Of a stretch of DNA of 36,405 bases, positions 25,601 to 34,214 are shown one piece after another. Under the pieces are notes generated by a model. The model did no database searches, was not told the DNA's origin, and worked only from the letters and a program-made list of their open reading frames with translations. How positions within the stretch are numbered: the stretch's first letter is position 1; each line of letters starts with the position of its first letter. The DNA comes from Gemmatimonadota bacterium (GTDB lineage: Bacteria > Latescibacterota > UBA2968 > UBA8231). The stretch is from assembly GCA_038153405.1 (NCBI GenBank), contig JAYOYH010000025.1, positions 1 through 36,405 on the forward strand, given 5' to 3'. Made by a program: the position numbers and the translations under genes.

Positions 25601-28129
25601 TTACACATCGTTCGGATGGAGCTCGACGATGCCCTGATCGCCGTCGACGACGATGCGCTGGCCATCGGCGATGTGGCGGGTGGCTTCGCGCGTTTGCATA
25701 ACGGAGGGGATGCGATACTCGCGTGCGATGATGGCGGCGTGCTGCGATAGAGAGCCTTCGTCCAACACGAGACCGCCGAGGACGGCAAAGGCCGGGGTCC
25801 ACTCCGGACCGACGTTGCCGGCGACCAGAATGTCGCCCGGATGTACGCGAGGTCGCCCGCCCGCTCGAATTAGCACGGCGCGTCCACCGACCCGTCCGCT
25901 TGAGGCACTGACGCCAACCAGCCGGTCGCCCTGCAGGCCGCGCTCGGTCCCCTCCTCCGCGCCCGGTTCTTTCTGCGCTGGCGCCGCCCCTAGAGTGGCT
26001 GGTGGCTGCATGCGTTTGCGGCGGTCCCACTCCGCTTTGCGCGCGGCAACGAGGGAGCGCTGGTCGGTTGGGCAATCGGCCGCGGCCAGCGCGCGCAGTT
26101 CTGCCATTGAGAAGTGAAAGACATCGTCTGCCTGGTCGATTGCGTTGCAGCCGACTAAGTCTCGACCGACGGCATCTATGGCTTCGCGTGCCGTGCCGCC
26201 GCTGCACTGCTCCATGTAGTAGTTGTGGTCTTCTAAAAAGCGCACGTGCAGCTGGCCGCGCAGCAGCGCGTCCTCAAGGCGCGCCAGCTTGCCGGCATCT
26301 GCGCCGAACTGGCGCCGCAGGCGTTGCGTCGCGTTGCGTCGCTCTCTGCGCGCTGCGCGCTCCAGCTGGTCGAGGCGATCGAGGTCCTGCTCGGCATAGG
26401 TGGCGATGATGTCGAGGGGAACCCACGGATCCATATTCCAGGTCGGCGTCTGAAAGCCGCTGCTCGAGCCATAGCCGCGTCCGCTGCGCAGCCCGTAGGT
26501 CTTGAGCATCGCGCTAAAACGCCGGCGAAAATGCTGCGCGGCAGCGCTGTCGCGCAGCGTCGCCAAATCGTCAAAACGACCTTCGGCAAAAAGAGCACGC
26601 AGTTCGGGGTCGGATTGGACGATGCGAGCTAGCTTGCGCAGAAGGCCGACTAGGCGCGTCATGCGGTTGTCGATAGCCTGTAGAAATGTGTTGGCCTCGT
26701 GCTGGGGATGACCCGTGAGCGCCTCGTACTCTTCGTGCCAGCCGGGCAGTGGATCGGGGCGGCCCATCGACCAGTGCAGATGCCCAGAGACGTAGGCGAG
26801 CATCTGTAGACACGAATCGAGGTGGGCCACGCGTTCGCAAACGCTCTTTGCGCGGCGGCGCTGCGCGCCAAGCTCGGCGAGGCGTTCTTCTATGATGCCG
26901 CGCTGCACCGATTCAAAGTAGGTCGTACCGAGCGCCGTGCAGGCGTCTACGCGCTCGGTTTGCACGGCGTGGCGTCGCGCCAGTTCGTCGGGCTCGACCT
27001 CGGGGGCGCGCGTAAACATATAGCCGTTGCGCACGCAGTAGAGGTGGTTGGCCGTCATGCGCGAACCTACCTCCTCGTAGCAGACGCGCGCGTAGACCAT
27101 GTACTCGGCCATATAGTCCTGTTCGAGGCGGGTGAATGGTCCGCGGCTCTTTGTCCAGCAGTAGGCTGGATCGACGCCGTCTTCCCAAGGTTCATCCGGT
27201 TCGGCTACGTCGCCGATGGTTGTGATCGGGCGTGCCTGCAGGATGTGCACGGTATCGTCGACGGCGAATTCGATGTCCTGTGCCGCGGCAAAGAGCCCTT
27301 CGATGCGGATGCCCAGCGCGACCAGCGCTGCCAATTGCTCTGGGCTCAGGGCCGGTTCTTTGCGCCGGTCGGACTCGACCTCTACGGTCTCGATTCCACT
27401 GCCGTCCGTTCGCGCAGCGACGCGCCGATGCTTGTCGGCCATATCGCTCGATATCGCAGCACCCGTAGCGCGGTCGACGACGAAGTGGTCGGTTGGCGCG
27501 CTGCCGGAGACGACGCCCTCGCCTAGTCCGAGGGCTGCGGAGACGACGCAGTGCTCAGCGCCGCTTTGCGGGTTGCGGGTAAAGAGCACGCCCGATGCAT
27601 AGGATGCAATCTGGCGCTGTATGACGACGGCCATGGCGCTTGGCCCATCGTCTATCTGGTGGCGCCGGCGGTAGGCCTGTGCATGGGGGGAAAAAAAGGA
27701 GGCCCAGACGCGGCCGATGGCCTCGACTAGGTCGTCCCACGTCGCAATGTTGAGCACCGAATCATACTGGCCGGCAAAGCTCGCATCGGCCAGATCCTCG
27801 GCCGTAGAGGAGGAGCGAGCGGAAACGGCCGGCGCCGCCAGCGCGTCGTAGGCTCGATGGATGGCATCGCGCAGCGGATCGGGCAGCCGCCGCTGGCGCA
27901 GGCTCTGGCACACGGCTTCTGCCGCGCCGGAGCGTTCGGCTTTGAGGTCGTTTAACAGGGGCTCAGGCAGCGTGTGCAGCATCGAATGGAACGCTTGCGT
28001 GGAAACGATAAAAGCGTCCGGCACGGGCAAGCCGGCCTGTATCATCTTGGCCAGCGCCGCGCCCTTGGCTCCGCTCAGCGCGGGATCGGCAGCCCTAGGA
28101 TCGGTGAGGGCGACGACGAGATCGGCCAT
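25601..28129 (-). CDS. PEP-utilising dikinase with rifampin-phosphotransferase-like architecture (ATP-grasp, substrate domain, C-terminal swivel His domain)
   Basis: GAKGAAL, ARSSSTAED...SFAGQY, GLGEGVVSG, QDIEFA...LQARPIT; C-terminal SLSQHAAIIAREYRIP...VDGDQG; no TIM-barrel domain. Confidence 0.88.
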   Translation of the reverse strand: MADLVVALTDPRAADPALSGAKGAALAKMIQAGLPVPDAFIVSTQAFHSMLHTLPEPLLNDLKAERSGAAEAVCQSLRQRRLPDPLRDAIHRAYDALAAPAVSARSSSTAEDLADASFAGQYDSVLNIATWDDLVEAIGRVWASFFSPHAQAYRRRHQIDDGPSAMAVVIQRQIASYASGVLFTRNPQSGAEHCVVSAALGLGEGVVSGSAPTDHFVVDRATGAAISSDMADKHRRVAARTDGSGIETVEVESDRRKEPALSPEQLAALVALGIRIEGLFAAAQDIEFAVDDTVHILQARPITTIGDVAEPDEPWEDGVDPAYCWTKSRGPFTRLEQDYMAEYMVYARVCYEEVGSRMTANHLYCVRNGYMFTRAPEVEPDELARRHAVQTERVDACTALGTTYFESVQRGIIEERLAELGAQRRRAKSVCERVAHLDSCLQMLAYVSGHLHWSMGRPDPLPGWHEEYEALTGHPQHEANTFLQAIDNRMTRLVGLLRKLARIVQSDPELRALFAEGRFDDLATLRDSAAAQHFRRRFSAMLKTYGLRSGRGYGSSSGFQTPTWNMDPWVPLDIIATYAEQDLDRLDQLERAARRERRNATQRLRRQFGADAGKLARLEDALLRGQLHVRFLEDHNYYMEQCSGGTAREAIDAVGRDLVGCNAIDQADDVFHFSMAELRALAAADCPTDQRSLVAARKAEWDRRKRMQPPATLGAAPAQKEPGAEEGTERGLQGDRLVGVSASSGRVGGRAVLIRAGGRPRVHPGDILVAGNVGPEWTPAFAVLGGLVLDEGSLSQHAAIIAREYRIPSVMQTREATRHIADGQRIVVDGDQGIVELHPNDV

Positions 28130-28134
28130 GCGAA

Positions 28135-28965
28135 TTATTCGGCCTCCGGCCGTCCGGGGTTGCCCCAGTGGTCGTCGCGATCGGTGCCGGCGACGACTAC
28201 GCCCTTCAGATGCCAGCCCTGCATGGCGCGCACGTCGGCGGCGCAGTAGCGGAGCGTAAGACCGCAGCGCCGGCGGTCCGAGCAGTTTGCTTCAGAGCCG
28301 TGTAACAGCAGATCGGAGTGCATGGATATATCGCCGGCGCGCAGTTCGACGTCGACCGGGTCGCCGTACTGCTCGGCATTGGGCACGGTCTGGAAGAGCA
28401 CGTTGTTCTCGTCTTCTTCGCTGAGGTGATAGGTCATGTGTCCGTGTTGGTGCGAGCCGGGAATAAAGCGCATGCAGGCATTTTCCGTATCGGCGTCGTC
28501 AATGGCCAGCCATACGGTAACCGTTTTGGAGGGCGACATCGGCCAGTAAGAGGCGTCTTGGTGCCAGGACACGCGCTTGCCATCGCGGGGCATTTTGCAG
28601 AAAAAGTGCGAGCCCCAGCCGATGACGTCCGGGCCGAGAATGTCGCGCACGTGGGCGACGATGCGCTCGTCGTTGAGCAAGTCCCAGACGCGACCGTAGC
28701 TCATATGCGCGGTGGATATCGAATAGGAAGTGCCACCCGACTCGAGCACGCGCCCCAGCAGCTCGTCAAAATAGGCGCGTATGTCGGCGATTTCCGCATT
28801 GCTAAAAATGCGAATTCCCTTGATATAGCCCTCGCGGTTATAGGCTTCTATCTGGGCGCCGGTCAGGGTTTGAGGAGTGCTTGCATCGCTGGGGTGAAAG
28901 TGCAGATGGCGTGGCAAGTCGTCGATTTCAACGTCTTCGTAGCGGGTGATATTGTCGTCGTTCAT
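28135..28965 (-). CDS. PhyH-family Fe(II)/2OG dioxygenase (canonical HxD)
   Basis: FFCK, SWHQDASYW, VWLAIDDA..ENACM.FIPGSH, LLHGS...RRCG. Alternative start 28977. Confidence 0.92.
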   Translation of the reverse strand: MNDDNITRYEDVEIDDLPRHLHFHPSDASTPQTLTGAQIEAYNREGYIKGIRIFSNAEIADIRAYFDELLGRVLESGGTSYSISTAHMSYGRVWDLLNDERIVAHVRDILGPDVIGWGSHFFCKMPRDGKRVSWHQDASYWPMSPSKTVTVWLAIDDADTENACMRFIPGSHQHGHMTYHLSEEDENNVLFQTVPNAEQYGDPVDVELRAGDISMHSDLLLHGSEANCSDRRRCGLTLRYCAADVRAMQGWHLKGVVVAGTDRDDHWGNPGRPEAE

Positions 28966-29151
28966 TAGCTCGTCCATTGGCTGTATGTGCGCGCGCGTGC
29001 GGCAGGAAAAATAAGTCGTGCGCCGGGTGCGGCCAAATGGATTGGCGCGCGGATCGGCCCAGCGCAAGGCAGGAGTTGTATTGCTCCGCAGTTCTTGTCA
29101 GATTAGACGGCGAGCGCAGTGCACGGGACGTTGACAACCGAGGGAGGGCAT

Positions 29152-29937
29152 ATGACGGATTACGCATTGAGCGCGGCGCAGGTCGCGCAGTACTGGGACG
29201 ATGGTTTCCTGTTGCTACCGGCATTTTTCCCGCGCGAGGACATGGACCTCATGCTGGAGATTGCGCGCGCGGATCGGGCGCTGCAAGAGAACGCCAACGA
29301 CCGGCTAGATAGCACGGGTAAAGTAAGCCGACTGTCGCTGCGCTACGATTTGCCCGCCAGCGTGTACAGCGCCTATGTGCAGCACCGCGCCGTCGTCGAG
29401 CCGATGGAGCAGCTCATCGGCGGAGAGGTCTTTCACTACCACCACAAAATGATGCTCAAAGAACCCAGGGTTGGCGGTGCCTGGGAGTGGCATCAGGACT
29501 ATGGCTACTGGTACGCCAATTTTCTATCGGCCGATATGGCCTCGTGCATGATTGCCGTCGATCGAGCCAGCCGCGAGAACGGCTGTTTGCAGGTCCTTAG
29601 AGGCTCGCATAAGCTCGGGCGCTTAGAGCATGGCAAGACGGGCGACCAGACCGGTGCTGATATGGAACGCGTGCGCGCGGTGGAGCGAACGCTAGAGCGG
29701 GTATACTGCGAGATGGAACCGGGCACGTTGCTGTTTTTTCATAGCAACCTGCTGCATCGCTCCGATCCCAACGAGAGCGAGCGTTCGCGCTGGGCGCTCA
29801 TTTGCTGCTACAGCGCCGCGTCCAACCCAACCTTTCGCGCCGATGCGAAAAACGGTCACTATGCGGCGCTAGAGCGCTGGGATGTAGAACAGGTGCAGGC
29901 GGCCGCGCAGCAACACTGGCAAGAGGTGAGGGCCTGA
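29152..29937 (+). CDS. PhyH-family Fe(II)/2OG dioxygenase (ectoine/proline-hydroxylase-like clade)
   Basis: GGAGG RBS; HHKMMLKEPRVGGAWEWHQDYGYW, ENGCLQVLRGSH, LLHRS..N.S...RW. Confidence 0.92.
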   Translation: MTDYALSAAQVAQYWDDGFLLLPAFFPREDMDLMLEIARADRALQENANDRLDSTGKVSRLSLRYDLPASVYSAYVQHRAVVEPMEQLIGGEVFHYHHKMMLKEPRVGGAWEWHQDYGYWYANFLSADMASCMIAVDRASRENGCLQVLRGSHKLGRLEHGKTGDQTGADMERVRAVERTLERVYCEMEPGTLLFFHSNLLHRSDPNESERSRWALICCYSAASNPTFRADAKNGHYAALERWDVEQVQAAAQQHWQEVRA

Positions 29938-29938
29938 G

Positions 29939-31009
29939 ATGGACATTCTGAGAGAGCCGGTAGAGGGACCCAGCGTCTGGACGGGTGCGGACCTGGAGGC
30001 CGATGCGTCGTGGTGCTATGAACTGAGCGCCGAGCAGGTCGACGACCTGGACCGCGCGCTGCGCGAAATCAAGCGGCGTCGACTGCAACTGGCCGAGATC
30101 ACGCGCGAGAACGTTGCCTTGCCGGCGTTGAGCGAAGATTTGGCCAGCCTGCTGCGCCAACTGCGCGACGGCAGGGGCTTTGCCGTCGTGCGCGGCTTTC
30201 CCGTAGACGATTACGCATTGGAAGACGTGGAGAAGATATACTGGGGGCTGTGTGCGCACCTGGGCACGGGCGTGACCCAGAACAGCGAGGCCGGGCTCAT
30301 TCACTGCGTCACCGACGGCAAACTGCGCCCGCAGATGGGCACGCGCGGGGTGGGCAACCCCGGCCCGGTTGGCCTGCATATCGACTTGGCCGACTGCGTC
30401 GTGCTGTGCTGCGTGCGCCAGGCCCCGGACGATCCGCACAGCACCGTGGCGTCGGCTATGCACATATATAACGAGATCGTGCGCCAGCATCCCGAGTGGC
30501 TGCCGCGGCTCTACGAAGGGTTTGTATGGACGCGCCGCTCGGAGAACAACGAAGATGAGCCACCGGTTTCCAACTATAAAGTGCCGGGCTATAGCTATGC
30601 CGAGGGGGTACTCAGCTGCCGCTTTAACGCCGGCTGGTCGCGCACCGGTATGCAGGAGCTGGGTTTGGAACTGACGGAAGAAGAGGCGGAAATCTTCCGC
30701 TTTATACAGCAAGTGGCCGCCGAGGACTGCTACAGTTTTCCGCTCCATCGCGGCGATATCGCCTTCTGCAACAACTACACGGTGTTTCACGGGCGCGCCG
30801 GCCACGAGCCCGTCGAGCAAGAGGAAAGCAAGAGGCTGCTGCTGCGCATTTGGATGGATCTCGATAACGTGCGGCCCTTCTGCGATGAAGGGCTGGTGCG
30901 CTACGGTACCATTCGCTACGGCAAGCTGGGCTGGACGGCGGCCGATCTCCTGTCGGGGCGTTATTTAGCAGGTCATCGGCGCCGTGCAGACGGCGTGCCC
31001 GAAGTGTGA
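29939..31009 (+). CDS. TauD/TfdA (clavaminate synthase-like) dioxygenase
   Basis: GRGFAVVRG, LHIDLAD, GDIAFCNNYTVFHGR, RLLLRIW. Confidence 0.92.
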   Translation: MDILREPVEGPSVWTGADLEADASWCYELSAEQVDDLDRALREIKRRRLQLAEITRENVALPALSEDLASLLRQLRDGRGFAVVRGFPVDDYALEDVEKIYWGLCAHLGTGVTQNSEAGLIHCVTDGKLRPQMGTRGVGNPGPVGLHIDLADCVVLCCVRQAPDDPHSTVASAMHIYNEIVRQHPEWLPRLYEGFVWTRRSENNEDEPPVSNYKVPGYSYAEGVLSCRFNAGWSRTGMQELGLELTEEEAEIFRFIQQVAAEDCYSFPLHRGDIAFCNNYTVFHGRAGHEPVEQEESKRLLLRIWMDLDNVRPFCDEGLVRYGTIRYGKLGWTAADLLSGRYLAGHRRRADGVPEV

Positions 31010-31045
31010 ACTGCTCATTTGAGCGAACGCAAACGGGGGTGAGAT

Positions 31046-31804
31046 ATGCAAGTGAAGGCGATCGTATTGTGCGCGGCGGCCATGGGTCTACTGCACGTCG
31101 AATGCCGTGCCGATGCGCCGTTGGAAGGGGCGGCTGTGGCGTGGCGCAATGTGCTGTATGACCAGACCTACTACGATGAGGAGATGCGCGCCATTGACGC
31201 GATGGTCGATGGGGAGCAGCTCGAACCGTGGGTGGGTCACGTGCGCGCCCTGATATCGCGGTTTGACGCGGTGTCGCATTACAGAGCAGAAGAAAATATG
31301 GCTCTGCTCGTGCGCGCTATTGGCGAGGGAACCTATCCCGGCTACCCGGCCGTCGACGTATTGACGCGCAGTTGGCAAGTCGACGAGGAGCGCCGTGGCC
31401 ACTTTGCCGAATGGGCGCGCGGTCTGGCGGACTGGGCTTCGGGGCAGGCGGTCGATGACGAGCTGGTGCTAAATGGACAACGGGTGTTGCTGCGCCAGGT
31501 GTTGGGCGAGCCCACGGGCGAGAAGGCGTGGCTGGCTGCCAGTCTTAGCAAGACGCTGCGCGCCTTTGTCGAGACGCCAGCCGAGCGCGTCGATCGCCTC
31601 GAAGGAGAGACCTTTGTACGAGCCGTCTACCGCGCGGCGCTAGGTCGCAGTCCGTCGAGCGACGATTTGTCGTTTCGCCTGCGCGAGCTGGATGCGGGCA
31701 AGACCCGAAACGCGTTGATTGAAGAGGTATACGGCTCGCAGGAGGCGGCGAGTCGGCGCTTTTCCCAGATACTCGAGCGCGCCGAAAGCGCGGACGAACA
31801 CTAG
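31046..31804 (+). CDS. Secreted hypothetical protein with C-terminal DUF4214-like domain
   Basis: Hydrophobic N-terminus; C-terminal FVRAVYRAALGRSP...R..LIEEVYGSQE pattern. Confidence 0.7.
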   Translation: MQVKAIVLCAAAMGLLHVECRADAPLEGAAVAWRNVLYDQTYYDEEMRAIDAMVDGEQLEPWVGHVRALISRFDAVSHYRAEENMALLVRAIGEGTYPGYPAVDVLTRSWQVDEERRGHFAEWARGLADWASGQAVDDELVLNGQRVLLRQVLGEPTGEKAWLAASLSKTLRAFVETPAERVDRLEGETFVRAVYRAALGRSPSSDDLSFRLRELDAGKTRNALIEEVYGSQEAASRRFSQILERAESADEH

Positions 31805-31811
31805 CCCCGCG

Positions 31812-34094
31812 CTAGTAGCTGACGGCGACCGGGCGCACTTGCTCGTGCGTTGACGAATCGCCCTCAACGCGCAGGTGAAATAGGTAGAGGCCCGGTGCCA
31901 CCCGCTGGCCGCTCTCGTCGTTGCCATCCCAGTTCAGTTGGTAGCGGCCGGCTAAGCCGGCCTCGGTGCGCAGGGTGCGTACCAGGTAGCCGCGCAGATC
32001 GTATATGGCTGCGCGAACGGGGCGCGGGTCGAGAATTTTGAGCAGGTTGAATGCGACCGACAGTGCGTCGTTGACGCCGTCGCCGTTGGGCGTGAATGCG
32101 CTGGGCACCAGAAGGTCTGCAATGACCTCGCCGTCAACGGGTAGCGCGACCGCATCGCCGGCACCATCCATCGCGGCCACGGCATCGCCGGGGTCGACTC
32201 GCTGGCGCGTGGTGCCATCGGCCCGCTCGTGCTCGAGTATGGCGCGAAAGCGGGTGTTGTTGTAGTACACTGTGGCCTCGAAGTCGATTTCTATGAGCGC
32301 GTCGGTGCGCACGTTCCCGTCTAGATCGAGGCGAAAGCCGGCGCTGTACTCTTCTAACGCCGCTGCGATGGGCGCGCCGTTGAGACGCAGTTGGGCAAAC
32401 CGCACGGGGATGGACGATTCTAGGGCGATGCGCCCAAACCCTTGGCTGGTATTCTGCATGTGCGGCTGTAGATAGTACGTAAAGAGGGTTGGCCGGCCGG
32501 GTTCGACCTGGGACGGCTGCACTTCGCCCACGGCGGAGCCGGCCAGCGGTCGCGAGTATTCGACGCCGAGTTCGGACAGGGCCACGCGCGCCCGTGGCTG
32601 GTCGGAGAGCAGCTCCAATTCGAGCTGAAAGTAGCGCCGCGGCGAAGGGGAGCGAAAGAGACTGCCCGATGCGGTGTAGGCTTCGCTCCACGGACTCCAC
32701 CCGTCCCCCGGCTGCAGAACGGTTTCGACGGGTCCGCGAAACGAGGCGATGAGCTTTTCGTAGCGGGCCTTCGTCACTTCCTTGCCGTTTTTGTCGAAGT
32801 AGTGGTTTTCCTCGACTACCTCGTCGCCGCTGCGGCTGCGCACGAGCAGGCGCGCGTCGGCCCGTGTGTCGGCCTGCCAGTCGAGAGCGGTTACATTCCA
32901 GTCTGCGCCCAAGTCAATAACGGGTGAACGCAGGGTGACGCGCGCCGGATAGCCCTCGCCGTACACTTGGAACTCGCTGACTAGGCCCAGGCCGTCGAGG
33001 CGCACGCTGCTGGCGCTCAGCCCGCCGCCGATGATATTGCCCCCTTCGCTGGTCGGGTAAAACAGGCGCACGTAGCGCGCAGCCGTCGGCGCAAATTCGT
33101 GGCGAAAGTTGCGGTTTTGCAGCAGGTTTTTCTGGTCGGTAGGCGCGGATACCAGCTCGTGCCAGGCCAGCGAGCCGTCGGGCGCTAACGAGCCGTCGGA
33201 GTAGAGCACCTTATAGGATAGGAAGTTGGCGTAAAAGTGGCGCAGGCGCGGCGGCACGCCGAGCGGTTCGCCGAGCAACCACAGCGAATCGATGCGATAG
33301 GTCGCGCCGAGGTCGACGCGGTAATCACCAAAGGTTTCGCTGCCGCCGCTCGAACCCTTGGCCAGCGGATTGACGCGCCACATCGTCGATAGGTCGCCGT
33401 CGAACATCACAGTGGGCGTGCCGGCCACCGCGACGATGGTCGCCTCCACGTCGACGCTGCCGCCGCGCTCGACCAGATTGAGGGCGATATTGTCGCCGAA
33501 GGCGCGCATTTCCATTTCGAGCAGGCGCGGCAGACCGGCAGGCGCGCGGTCGGCCTCGATGCGCACGACGCGCACCAACTCGTCGCCTAGGTCGACGGTC
33601 AGTTCGTGTGCCTCGTTAAAGGCAAAGCGCCGGCTGTAGCTGTAGAGCAGCGTTCCATCGACGACTACGTTGGCGCTGTTGATAAAGCGCTCGCCTTTGG
33701 AAAAGGAAATGGTAAAGAACGACAGCGGTGCCTCGTCCGGGTCAAAGAACAGACGCAGCTGCTGAGCGGGCAGCACCTGGCCGAGGTCGATTTCCAGCCA
33801 CCACGACGCTGGATCGGCGCTGCGCGGACTCCAGCCCGTTTGCATGCTGCCGTCAAAGGCGGCCTGCGCTTGGGAAAGGGCACCGCCGGCACCGCGCACG
33901 GTGGCTTGGGACAGCGGATTGATGTCCTTGTGCAGCAAGACGGGCTGCAGCGCCCCGGCGCGCAGGGCCAGCGCACCGGGCGGGTAGAACCAGCTCGTCC
34001 AGATATCGTCGGGAAGTATGGTCAGACGCTCGGCGGCCAGCGGCTGGACCACGAGCAGCGCGCAGACCAGGAGCCATGGGCGGTGTATGAGCAT
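31812..34094 (-). CDS. Secreted protein with discoidin/F5-8-like domains and C-terminal CHU_C/FlgD-Ig tail
   Basis: Signal peptide; AFDG...T.W...WLEIDLG and MFDGDLSTMW...VDLG modules; C-terminal FTPNGDGVND...IYDLRG..VR...WDGNDESG..VAPGLY. Confidence 0.85.
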   Translation of the reverse strand: MLIHRPWLLVCALLVVQPLAAERLTILPDDIWTSWFYPPGALALRAGALQPVLLHKDINPLSQATVRGAGGALSQAQAAFDGSMQTGWSPRSADPASWWLEIDLGQVLPAQQLRLFFDPDEAPLSFFTISFSKGERFINSANVVVDGTLLYSYSRRFAFNEAHELTVDLGDELVRVVRIEADRAPAGLPRLLEMEMRAFGDNIALNLVERGGSVDVEATIVAVAGTPTVMFDGDLSTMWRVNPLAKGSSGGSETFGDYRVDLGATYRIDSLWLLGEPLGVPPRLRHFYANFLSYKVLYSDGSLAPDGSLAWHELVSAPTDQKNLLQNRNFRHEFAPTAARYVRLFYPTSEGGNIIGGGLSASSVRLDGLGLVSEFQVYGEGYPARVTLRSPVIDLGADWNVTALDWQADTRADARLLVRSRSGDEVVEENHYFDKNGKEVTKARYEKLIASFRGPVETVLQPGDGWSPWSEAYTASGSLFRSPSPRRYFQLELELLSDQPRARVALSELGVEYSRPLAGSAVGEVQPSQVEPGRPTLFTYYLQPHMQNTSQGFGRIALESSIPVRFAQLRLNGAPIAAALEEYSAGFRLDLDGNVRTDALIEIDFEATVYYNNTRFRAILEHERADGTTRQRVDPGDAVAAMDGAGDAVALPVDGEVIADLLVPSAFTPNGDGVNDALSVAFNLLKILDPRPVRAAIYDLRGYLVRTLRTEAGLAGRYQLNWDGNDESGQRVAPGLYLFHLRVEGDSSTHEQVRPVAVSY

Positions 34095-34100
34095 TCGGCT

Positions 34101-34129
34101 AATATACGCCGGCTGCAGGGGGCATCCAA
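34101..34129 (-). promoter_or_regulatory. Sigma70-type promoter, probably leaderless
   Basis: Minus strand TTGGAT-N17-TATATT-N6-ATG(34094). Confidence 0.5.
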
Positions 34130-34214
34130 GGTCTTTGTACGGCGGGGTTGGTCCGCCCTATTTAGTGCCGATGCACGGGCAGAGTCATGGGAGCACTTAG
34201 GTAACGGCCTACGT

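Noticed and set aside
25601..28129. Calling this ppsA or rph (rifampin resistance)
   Set aside because: No C-terminal TIM barrel for PpsA, and I cannot verify rifamycin-binding residues or an upstream RAE element.
28135..28965. SyrB2-like chlorinating enzyme
   Set aside because: The motif is WHQD with Asp retained, so hydroxylase-type.
29152..29937. Calling this ectD
   Set aside because: Lacks the EctD signature FxWHSDFETWHxEDG and there are no ectABC genes in the window.
29798..30820. 340-aa minus-strand ORF
   Set aside because: Antisense shadow of the TauD-family gene.
33606..34214. N-terminal extension or fusion on TrmY (403-aa ORF)
   Set aside because: Overlaps the opposite-strand secreted protein gene; TrmY similarity starts at MREFILRA (34215).
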